DNA from: Candidatus Pacearchaeota archaeon
GTDB lineage: Archaea; Nanobdellota; Nanobdellia; Pacearchaeales; GW2011-AR1
Reading direction: 5' to 3'
NCBI GenBank assembly: GCA_040879785.1
Contig: JBBDJR010000006.1
Location: 64,410 to 128,409 of the forward strand
DNA: 64,000 nucleotides
Part shown: in pieces, positions 28,061 through 35,547 of the stretch
How the letters are laid out: each line of letters opens with the position of its first letter
Position numbering within the stretch: position 1 is the stretch's first letter
Position numbers and translations under genes: made by a program
Notes under the pieces: generated by a model
What the model saw: the letters and a program-made list of their open reading frames with translations, nothing else
Database searches by the model: none
Told to the model about the DNA's origin: nothing

Positions 28061-29487
28061 TCTAATTTCCCAAACAAAACCTCGGACTTTTTAATTTTTT
28101 TCTTCTTCAAAGGCTTCAGAATTTCTTTTAAATCAATTTCAAACCCAAGCTGCTTAGCAATCTTCTCCGAAGCCAAAGGAATAAACGGCCACAACAAAAC
28201 CGCAATTACCTTGATGCTATCTAAAAGCACATAAAGAACTTTTTTATCTTTACTCTCCCATGGCTTTTTTTCCTGAACATACTCATTACAATAATCAACA
28301 AACGCAAAAATCTCATTAAGCGCCTTATCAAACTCATAATTCTCAACAAGTTTTTTTATCTTCCCCACATCAATTTTCTTAAGCAAATTATTTTCACATT
28401 TTTCAATACCAATTTTCTCTGCTAGCCCGGTAACTCTGCTAACTAAATTCCCTAGTTTATTCGCCAACTCATTATTATGTCTATCGACTAAAACCCTCTC
28501 AGAGAAATCTCCGTCCTCGCCAAAAACAAAATTCCTGCAAACGTAATATCTTATCGCATCAGAACTGTATTTCTCAACTAAAACCTTTGGAGAAATTGAA
28601 TTTCCAAGAGACTTTGAGATTTTCTGTCCGTTAAAAGTCAGGAATCCGTGAACAAAAACTGTCTTTGGAAGCTCATAGCCGGCAGACTTCAAAAACGCCG
28701 GCCAGTAAACGCAATGAAACCAGGAATTGTCTTTCCCAAGAAGATGGACATTCGCAGGCCAATACTCTCCCTTCTTTCCTGCTCCGGAAACATAATTAAA
28801 AAGCGCATCAAACCAGACATAAACAATATGTTTATCATCCAAAGGAAAACGAATTCCCCAGTCAAAAGACGTCCTCGAAATACTTAAATCTCTTAGTCCT
28901 TCCTTAACACGATTAATGATTTCATTTCTCCTTTCTTTTGGAAGAATAAATTCAGGATGTTTCTTATAAAGGTCCAACAAAAAATCCTGATAATTGCTCA
29001 ACCTAAAAAAATACGATTCTTCTTTAATATGTCTGATTGGCTTTTCGTGAAAAGGGCACTTCCCTTCAATCAAATCTTTCTCGGTGTAATATGCCTCACA
29101 ATCGGTGCAATACAAACCCTCATACTCTCCAAGATAGATATCCCCGTTATCATGACACTTTTTTATAACATCCTTAACCAACTTTTCGTGATCCTTATCT
29201 GTAGTTCTTATGAATCGGTCATAATTCACGTCAAGAATCTTCCAAGAATCCTTAAACTTCTCCGCCAACTCGTCAACAAGCTCCTTCGGAACTTTTCCTT
29301 GTTTCTCAGCAACTTCCTGAATTTTTTTCCCGTGTTCATCTGTTCCTGTTAAAAACCAGACATCATCTCCTTTAATTTTATTCCACCTTGCCAAAACGTC
29401 CGCTATTATCTTCTGGTATGCATGCCCGATATGAGGCTCGGCGCTAGGATAATCTATTGCAGTCGTAACATAAAATTTATTTTTCAT
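28048..29487 (-). CDS. metG: Methionyl-tRNA synthetase catalytic core
   Basis: HIGH (EPHIGHAY), KMSKS (KISKSLGN), and a Cys-containing CP insertion. Confidence 0.9.
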   Translation of the reverse strand: MKNKFYVTTAIDYPSAEPHIGHAYQKIIADVLARWNKIKGDDVWFLTGTDEHGKKIQEVAEKQGKVPKELVDELAEKFKDSWKILDVNYDRFIRTTDKDHEKLVKDVIKKCHDNGDIYLGEYEGLYCTDCEAYYTEKDLIEGKCPFHEKPIRHIKEESYFFRLSNYQDFLLDLYKKHPEFILPKERRNEIINRVKEGLRDLSISRTSFDWGIRFPLDDKHIVYVWFDALFNYVSGAGKKGEYWPANVHLLGKDNSWFHCVYWPAFLKSAGYELPKTVFVHGFLTFNGQKISKSLGNSISPKVLVEKYSSDAIRYYVCRNFVFGEDGDFSERVLVDRHNNELANKLGNLVSRVTGLAEKIGIEKCENNLLKKIDVGKIKKLVENYEFDKALNEIFAFVDYCNEYVQEKKPWESKDKKVLYVLLDSIKVIAVLLWPFIPLASEKIAKQLGFEIDLKEILKPLKKKKIKKSEVLFGKLEWKV

Positions 29488-29618
29488 AAACCCAAGACTT
29501 GAAACGAATATAAAAAGTTAACTAACTGATAACTCGAAGATTATCTAATCAAAAATCGTTGTTTTTTCAAAAATATTTTCTTCGAAAATTATTTAAACAA
29601 GGAACGCATTTTTTTGGT

Positions 29619-30314
29619 ATGTTCGGAAAAAGAAAGTGTCCAAATTGCAGCGAGAAGATTAGCAACAGTTATAATTTCTGTCCATACTGCAGAGCACCAA
29701 CAAAAGAATTCTTTGAAGAAGATAGTGAGAACTGGGGGCTTCTCGGAAAAGATGACTCTCCAGAAAATAGCGAAAACATGATGCTCCCTTCAGGACTGGG
29801 TTCTTTATTCAACACGCTTCTAAAAAGTCTGAACAATCAGGTAAGGGAACTAGAAGAATTAGAAAGACCTAAAAAAACTCAGGACAAAAACAACAAATCT
29901 AAAATAAGAAAGGGCGGAATCAGTATAAGTATCCACACTTCTGAGGGTAAACCTCCTATGATAAAAGTCGCTTCATTCGGAAATATGCCTAATTTTAAGA
30001 AAAACGAAGAGAAAATGGAAGAAACAGTTAAGCCTATTCAATTACCCTCTTCAAACTCTAAAAAATTTGCCGGGCTTCCAAAAGAAGAGCCAAAAACAAA
30101 CATAAGGAGATTCTCTGATAAAGTAATCTATGAGATAAATATGCCCGGAGTAAAATCAGCAGATGACATCTCAATCTCTCAACTAGAGAAGAGTATTGAA
30201 ATTAAAGCGCTTGGAAAAGGCAAGGTCTTCAATAAAATCATTCCTATAAACCTCCCAATAAAAAGATATAACTTCTCAAAAAAGAAATTAACTCTTGAGC
30301 TTGACGCAGAATAA
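29619..30314 (+). CDS. Zinc-ribbon protein with a C-terminal Hsp20/alpha-crystallin-like domain
   Basis: CPNC...CPYC at the N-terminus. The C-terminal segment VIYEINMPGVKSADDISISQLEKSIEIKA...LTLEL is ACD-like. Start set at the ATG at 29619. Confidence 0.5.
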   Translation: MFGKRKCPNCSEKISNSYNFCPYCRAPTKEFFEEDSENWGLLGKDDSPENSENMMLPSGLGSLFNTLLKSLNNQVRELEELERPKKTQDKNNKSKIRKGGISISIHTSEGKPPMIKVASFGNMPNFKKNEEKMEETVKPIQLPSSNSKKFAGLPKEEPKTNIRRFSDKVIYEINMPGVKSADDISISQLEKSIEIKALGKGKVFNKIIPINLPIKRYNFSKKKLTLELDAE

Positions 30315-30343
30315 ATTAAGACTTCTCCGCAAATTAACAAAAC

Positions 30344-30351
30344 TTATAAAA
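30344..30351 (+). promoter_or_regulatory. TATA-box-like element (TTATAAAA) about 30 nt upstream of the outer tRNA-Ile 5' copy
   Basis: Position relative to 30378. No TATA-like element lies at -30 of the intact tRNA (30437). Confidence 0.4.
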
Positions 30352-30377
30352 CCTAGTAGTCCTTATTTTTTATCAAA

Positions 30378-30390
30378 GAGCCTGTAACTC
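30378..30390 (+). repeat. Direct copy of tRNA-Ile nt 1-13 (GAGCCTGTAACTC)
   Basis: Exact 13-nt match to 30437-30449. Confidence 0.85.
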
Positions 30391-30417
30391 TGGTTTGACC
30401 ACGCGTGGGCGAATCAG
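30390..30417 (+). repeat. REP-like hairpin copy 5, extended 12-bp imperfect palindrome (CTGGTTTGACCA-CGCG-TGGGCGAATCAG)
   Basis: Hand-paired: 9 Watson-Crick pairs, 2 G-U pairs and 1 A-G mismatch. Confidence 0.65.
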
Positions 30418-30436
30418 TAGTGAGGGCTAACGAAGG

Positions 30437-30510
30437 GAGCCTGTAACTCAGCCAGGTAGAGTGCCACTCTGATAAGGTGGAAGTCCACGGTTCAAATCCG
30501 TGCAGGCTCA
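30437..30510 (+). tRNA. tRNA-Ile (anticodon GAU), intronless
   Basis: Cloverleaf GAGCCUG-UA-ACUC-AGCCAGGUA-GAGU-G-CCACU-CUGAUAA-GGUGG-AAGUC-CACGG-UUCAAAU-CCGUG-CAGGCUC-A. Confidence 0.9.
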
Positions 30511-30589
30511 TGGGATTTGAAGCGCTTGCGGTTTCGTTCGGATTTCTATAAGAAAGGCGGACGAGGTTCGGAACTTCAGTTCCAGGGCC

Positions 30590-30607
30590 CAAATCCGTGC
30601 AGGCTCA
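30590..30607 (+). repeat. Direct copy of the tRNA-Ile 3' end (CAAATCCGTGCAGGCTCA)
   Basis: Exact 18-nt match to 30493-30510; ends exactly at the discriminator base. Confidence 0.85.
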
Positions 30608-30673
30608 TCAAATCTACCCGTAATTTATTTAGAAGACCAAAGAGCTTTTAAACCAACTTTTTCTCAATAAAAC

Positions 30674-31246
30674 ATGGTCAAAGGATTATATCATTATTTA
30701 AGGGAAGCCTGGAAAAAACCAGAGAAGAAAGTCCTCAGAGAAAGAATGGTCGAGTGGAGAAAATCTCCGGTGCTTGAGAAAGTTGAAAAGCCATTAAGAA
30801 TTGACAGAGCGAGAGCGCTTGGATATAAAGACAAGAAGGGATTTGTTGTCGTTAGAGCAAGAATTAAAAGAGGCGGGCATAAAAGACAAAGGCCAAACAA
30901 AGGGAGAAGAAGTAAGAGACTTCACACTCGAAAAAATTTGAGGATGAATTACAAACAAATAGCAGAACAAAGAGTCGCAAGAAAATTCACAAACCTTGAA
31001 GTCATAAACTCATACCTGATTGGAAAAGACGGAATTTATTATTTTTACGAAATAATTCTTGTAGACCCTGAAAGACCCGAGATAAAAAAGGACAAAACTC
31101 TGAACAGGTCAGTTAAATCAGGAAACAGAAAAAAAGCTTTCCGCGGACTAACGAGCTCAGGAAAAAAATCCAGAGGTTTAAGAAATAAAAGTCCTGAATC
31201 AAAAACAAGACCGAGTCTAAGAGCAAACAAAAGAAGAGGGAAATAA
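30674..31246 (+). CDS. rpl15e: 50S ribosomal protein L15e
   Basis: MVKGLYHYLREAWKKP N-terminus; basic throughout. Confidence 0.9.
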   Translation: MVKGLYHYLREAWKKPEKKVLRERMVEWRKSPVLEKVEKPLRIDRARALGYKDKKGFVVVRARIKRGGHKRQRPNKGRRSKRLHTRKNLRMNYKQIAEQRVARKFTNLEVINSYLIGKDGIYYFYEIILVDPERPEIKKDKTLNRSVKSGNRKKAFRGLTSSGKKSRGLRNKSPESKTRPSLRANKRRGK

Positions 31247-31291
31247 ACAATCTTAAAAACTCTTTTTTCCAATCCTAATAAAAGAGGAAAA

Positions 31292-31525
31292 ATGGTTTTT
31301 CAAATAATAGGGGCGCTTGGATTAATATCTATAATTATTGGAACATTTCTTATCTCAAAAGGAAAAAAAGCTAAAAGAAATATAATATACCCTTTCCTTT
31401 TAATTGGAGGAATTCTCCTTGCAATTTATAGCATTTACATAAAAGACATGATTTTTATAACCCTCCAGTTATTTTACATACTCATTATAATTTATAATAT
31501 CACTAAAAACGAGGTCAAAAAATAA
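31292..31525 (+). CDS. Small 3-TM membrane protein (tandem paralog 1)
   Basis: Similar to the next gene (IYSIYIKDMIFITLQLFYILIIIYNI versus TYSILIKDIIFIIFQSLYICIVIYGI). Confidence 0.5.
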   Translation: MVFQIIGALGLISIIIGTFLISKGKKAKRNIIYPFLLIGGILLAIYSIYIKDMIFITLQLFYILIIIYNITKNEVKK

Positions 31526-31527
31526 AG

Positions 31528-31824
31528 ATGATATTTGTAAAAGCAGTGGGAATTATAGGAATTCTCCTAAAAATTACCGGAACCGTATTTATAATCACTA
31601 AGAAAAGATTTAGCAGAGAAAAAACATATATAATGTTTCTCCTGGGAGGCGTCTGTCTTCTAACATACAGCATCCTTATAAAAGACATTATCTTTATAAT
31701 ATTTCAATCACTTTACATATGCATAGTAATCTACGGAATAGTAAAGATTGATTTTTCAAAAAGAAGGAACTTTTCATCTTTTGAGAGAGCACGAAGCGTT
31801 TTGAAAAAATTCCCGGGAACATAA
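31528..31824 (+). CDS. Small 3-TM membrane protein (tandem paralog 2)
   Basis: See the previous gene. Confidence 0.5.
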   Translation: MIFVKAVGIIGILLKITGTVFIITKKRFSREKTYIMFLLGGVCLLTYSILIKDIIFIIFQSLYICIVIYGIVKIDFSKRRNFSSFERARSVLKKFPGT

Positions 31825-31834
31825 TAATTAAAAA

Positions 31835-33553
31835 ATGAAATACAAAAAACTTGCCGAGTTTTATGAAGAAGCGTCCGGAACAACAAAAAGACTTGAAAAA
31901 ATAAGAATTCTCTCTAAATTCCTAAAGGAAATTCCTAAGACAGACAGAGACGCACTCTACCTTATGTTAGGAGATATCTATCCTGAATACGACGAAAAAA
32001 GAATAGGGATAAGTAATCAATTAGCAATTAAATCAATTTCAAAATCAACAGGAACCAAAGAAGATAAAGTTATCAACGAATGGAAGGAAATCGGAGACAT
32101 AGGAAAAGTTGCGCAAGTTCTTACATCAAAAAAATCACAATCGACTCTTCACAGACAAGACCTTACAATAAAAAAAGTCATTGAAAATCTTAGAAAACTC
32201 CCCGAACTTGAAGGGAAAGGGAGTGTAAACAAAAAGATTGCTCTCATAAACGAACTCCTTACATCAGCCTCGCCGGTCGAAGCCCTTTACCTTACCAGAA
32301 CATTAATAGGAGATTTAAGAATTGGGATAAAAGAAAGCACAATAAGAGACTCAATGGCGGCCGCGTTCTTTGACTCGAAAAAAGATGCTGTTAAGAAAAT
32401 ACAGGAAGCAATTGACAAGACAAATGATATTGCAGCAGTTTTTGATGTTGTCAAAAAGAAAAAACTAAAAGAACTTGATAAACTGCATCTTGAAGTTGGG
32501 AAACCAATAAAAGTAATGCTTGCCCAAAAAGCAAAATCTATTGAGGATGCGTTTAAAGCCGTCGGGAAGCCCTGCGCCGTGGAATACAAATACGACGGAT
32601 TCAGACTTCTGATTCATAAAAAAGGTGATGAAATAATCCTATTTACAAGAAAGCTTGAAAACGTTACAAAACAATTCCCTGAAGTAATTGATTACATTAA
32701 CAAATATGTAAAAGGGGAATCATTCATACTTGATTCTGAGGCAGTCGGATTTGATAAAAAAACCGGAGAATACAAACCGTTCCAGGACATAAGTCAAAGA
32801 ATAAGAAGAAAATATAACATAGATGATGTCAGGAAAAAACTCCCTGTCGAAATAAACGTCTTCGATATCTTATATTATCAGGGGAAATCCCTTCTTAACG
32901 AGCCTTTCAAAAAAAGAAGTGAAATAATCCGAAAGATAATAAAAAACCACCCTTACAAAATAATCCACTCTAAACAAATCATAACGTCTGATGAAAAAAA
33001 GACAGAAAAATTCTACAAACAATCTCTTAAAGATAATCAGGAAGGAGTCATGTTTAAAAATCTTGAATCGATATATCAACCTGGAAGCAGAGTCGGGCAT
33101 ATGTTAAAAATCAAGCCGGAGGCAAGAGACCTTGATTTAGTTATAACAGGAGGAGAATACGGAACAGGAAAAAGGTACGGTTGGATTTCAAGTTTCATTC
33201 TTTCTTGCAGAGACAAAAACGGAAAGTTTCTTGAAGTTGGAAAAATGGGAACGGGGATAAAAGAAAAATCCACTGCAGACACTGGCATCGGGATTTCATT
33301 CAAGGAACTAACAGATAAACTCAAACCTCATTTCACGGAAGAAAAAGGAAAAACTGTAAAGATAAAACCTAAAATCGTTGTCTCAGTAACATACCAAGAA
33401 ATCCAAAAATCTCCAAATTACAACTCTGGTTTCGCTCTCCGTTTCCCGAGATTCACCGCCATCCGCCCGGATAAGCCACTGAAGGAAATCTCGAGCCTCG
33501 AAGAAATCAAAAAAGATTTTGAAAACCAGAAAAGGAATTTTAACTATGGTTAA
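31835..33553 (+). CDS. lig: ATP-dependent DNA ligase
   Basis: Motif I EYKYDGFR, motif LDSEAV, EGVMFK, and a C-terminal OB domain (LRFPRF). Confidence 0.9.
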   Translation: MKYKKLAEFYEEASGTTKRLEKIRILSKFLKEIPKTDRDALYLMLGDIYPEYDEKRIGISNQLAIKSISKSTGTKEDKVINEWKEIGDIGKVAQVLTSKKSQSTLHRQDLTIKKVIENLRKLPELEGKGSVNKKIALINELLTSASPVEALYLTRTLIGDLRIGIKESTIRDSMAAAFFDSKKDAVKKIQEAIDKTNDIAAVFDVVKKKKLKELDKLHLEVGKPIKVMLAQKAKSIEDAFKAVGKPCAVEYKYDGFRLLIHKKGDEIILFTRKLENVTKQFPEVIDYINKYVKGESFILDSEAVGFDKKTGEYKPFQDISQRIRRKYNIDDVRKKLPVEINVFDILYYQGKSLLNEPFKKRSEIIRKIIKNHPYKIIHSKQIITSDEKKTEKFYKQSLKDNQEGVMFKNLESIYQPGSRVGHMLKIKPEARDLDLVITGGEYGTGKRYGWISSFILSCRDKNGKFLEVGKMGTGIKEKSTADTGIGISFKELTDKLKPHFTEEKGKTVKIKPKIVVSVTYQEIQKSPNYNSGFALRFPRFTAIRPDKPLKEISSLEEIKKDFENQKRNFNYG

Positions 33554-33678
33554 CTAATCTTTACCAAGATGTTTTAATAAACAATTAATAAGAATTTATG
33601 TAGTCAAAAATATCCTTTGAATCTTTTTTTGATTTCAAAGCCTTTATAAATGCCTTTTTCCCTTTATAAACAAATAAA

Positions 33679-34239
33679 ATGGCTAAAAAAGCAAGCAGTT
33701 ACAAAATACAAAACATTGTTGCTACAACTTCACTTGAAAAACCGATTCCTTTAACAAAACTCGCGAGAACTCAGCCAAATACAGAATACAACCCTGAAAC
33801 TTTCCCAGGACTCGTTCTAAGAGTTAAAGAACCAAAATCGGCAGTCCTTGTTTTCTCTTCAGGAAATCTTGTTTGTACCGGAACAAAATCCATAGCACAA
33901 GTCAAAAAGGTCATCCAATCCGTGATAAAACAGCTCAAAAAAATCAATGTTAACATAACTGCAAAACCAAAAATAACAGTCCAAAATATCGTAGCCTCGG
34001 GAACAATAGACCTAAAACTTAATCTAAATTTCCTTGCTCTTGAAATGGAAAACACAGAATACGAGCCGGAGCAATTCCCTGGACTTGTTTACAAGCTTAT
34101 AGAACCAAACGCAACTTTCCTTCTTTTTAGTAATGGTAAGCTTGTTTGTACCGGAACAAAAAACAAAAAACAGCTTGAATTCAGCATGAACCAGCTTCTA
34201 AAGAATGTGAAAGCAATTTTGAAGAACTATAAGAAGTAA
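33679..34239 (+). CDS. tbp: TATA-box binding protein
   Basis: Two direct repeats (IQNIVATTSL... and VQNIVASGTI...) with FPGLV and LVCTGTK motifs. Confidence 0.9.
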   Translation: MAKKASSYKIQNIVATTSLEKPIPLTKLARTQPNTEYNPETFPGLVLRVKEPKSAVLVFSSGNLVCTGTKSIAQVKKVIQSVIKQLKKINVNITAKPKITVQNIVASGTIDLKLNLNFLALEMENTEYEPEQFPGLVYKLIEPNATFLLFSNGKLVCTGTKNKKQLEFSMNQLLKNVKAILKNYKK

Positions 34240-34240
34240 A

Positions 34241-34576
34241 ATGAGTGTTAAACAAATTATAAAAGGGGCAAATTATCTGCTTTTTTCAAACACTCTTGCC
34301 TTATTGGGATTCTTAGTAAATCTAGGGTTAATTACTATAACCTATATAGTCATATTTATCATAGATGGATATATTTATTCCCTAGAAAGATTATCTTTTC
34401 TAAACTTTCTAAATATATTCTCAGTAACCTATCTAATTTTAGCGGGAATAACATGGAAATGGGCTGTAGGAAAAAATGATAAGTTCAATTCTGGTTTTAT
34501 TTTGTCAGGGATATTTGTTGCTTTGATAATAATAGGTACATATATAAGGGAATTTCTAAGGATTTCTGGAATCTAA
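34241..34576 (+). CDS. Small membrane protein (hypothetical)
   Basis: Three or four hydrophobic helices. Confidence 0.45.
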   Translation: MSVKQIIKGANYLLFSNTLALLGFLVNLGLITITYIVIFIIDGYIYSLERLSFLNFLNIFSVTYLILAGITWKWAVGKNDKFNSGFILSGIFVALIIIGTYIREFLRISGI

Positions 34577-34610
34577 AAACCCCTTTTAATTCTAAAACTA
34601 CCCAATAGTT

Positions 34611-34719
34611 CACAACAAACTATAAAAACAACAATTTATTCTAAGATTTATACTCTAAATGGTCAACCAAACAAAAAATCTAGGAGAAATTCTTAAGAGA
34701 ACGGACATCAAAGCAGTTA
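34611..34719 (+). repeat. 109-bp perfect direct repeat, left copy
   Basis: Identical by eye to 35121-35229. Contains the promoter region and first 20 codons of the 35169 gene. Confidence 0.9.
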
Positions 34720-34720
34720 T

Positions 34721-35053
34721 TTATTGTCTACTTTCTTCTTCCCATTTTTCTTTTATATAACCCATAAAATCCCCAGTCTCATTATACCTTGTAATGAATT
34801 CCTGTATTTCTTTTTCACCTCTTAAAGTATAAAGACAACCTCTTTTCATTGTTTCCTTATCAAACACACCAATTCCCAATTCAGGCATACCAAACCCTCT
34901 CACTAAACTACGATAACAAAGAACCTCAGACTCCGAATCTTTTAGCGAATCCTCCAACTTTGCTAAAGAATCATCGAGGGGATTAATTGTGAGAACACAA
35001 CTATCTAAGGCTAAGTTTGCCCAATAATCCTTATCTTCTGTACTTCCAACCAT
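34721..35053 (-). CDS. Orphan acidic 110-aa protein carried on the segment between the 109-bp repeats
   Basis: The ORF fills the unique 401-bp segment; no motif recognised. Confidence 0.45.
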   Translation of the reverse strand: MVGSTEDKDYWANLALDSCVLTINPLDDSLAKLEDSLKDSESEVLCYRSLVRGFGMPELGIGVFDKETMKRGCLYTLRGEKEIQEFITRYNETGDFMGYIKEKWEEESRQ

Positions 35054-35120
35054 TTCAAATTAAGGAGTTATTCATTTTTATACATTTGTATACTAAACAA
35101 CAACTCATCTCCAAAGACCC

Positions 35121-35229
35121 CACAACAAACTATAAAAACAACAATTTATTCTAAGATTTATACTCTAAATGGTCAACCAAACAAAAAATCTAGGAGAAAT
35201 TCTTAAGAGAACGGACATCAAAGCAGTTA
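35121..35229 (+). repeat. 109-bp perfect direct repeat, right copy
   Basis: See 34611..34719. Confidence 0.9.
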
Positions 35230-35468
35230 CTTATGGTATGCTTTCTAACTGGGGACTGGTAATTTTAGCAAACATCATCGGTCTTTTATTTGTAAATACT
35301 GTCGGAGTGAATGTGGTAAGAAATTTCGTCCCTTTCGTCTATCTAATTCTTGGGATAGCATTTTACTTCCCAGCACCAAAATCAAGGGACTTCAAAATAG
35401 GATACATCCTGGCATTTGTAATAGGGCTTGCTCTTTTAACGCTATTTTATCTTCCTCTTCTCAGCTAA
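35169..35468 (+). CDS. Small membrane protein (hypothetical)
   Basis: 99 aa with 3 TM helices. Its 5' end is duplicated at 34659. Confidence 0.5.
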   Translation: MVNQTKNLGEILKRTDIKAVTYGMLSNWGLVILANIIGLLFVNTVGVNVVRNFVPFVYLILGIAFYFPAPKSRDFKIGYILAFVIGLALLTLFYLPLLS

Positions 35469-35547
35469 ATTAGCTAAAAACAACTCTTCTCAAAACCATC
35501 GTATAGTTTACAATAAAGTATAAAAACAGCATCACGGTGTTCTATAT

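Noticed and set aside
30353-30592. 79-aa minus-strand ORF
   Set aside because: It lies across tRNA-Ile and its flanking repeats. The same applies to the ORFs at 40921-41118 (across tRNA-Asn), 62552-62743 and 62285-62725 (across tRNA-Arg and the permease gene), and 17-199 (across the tRNA-Lys upstream repeats).
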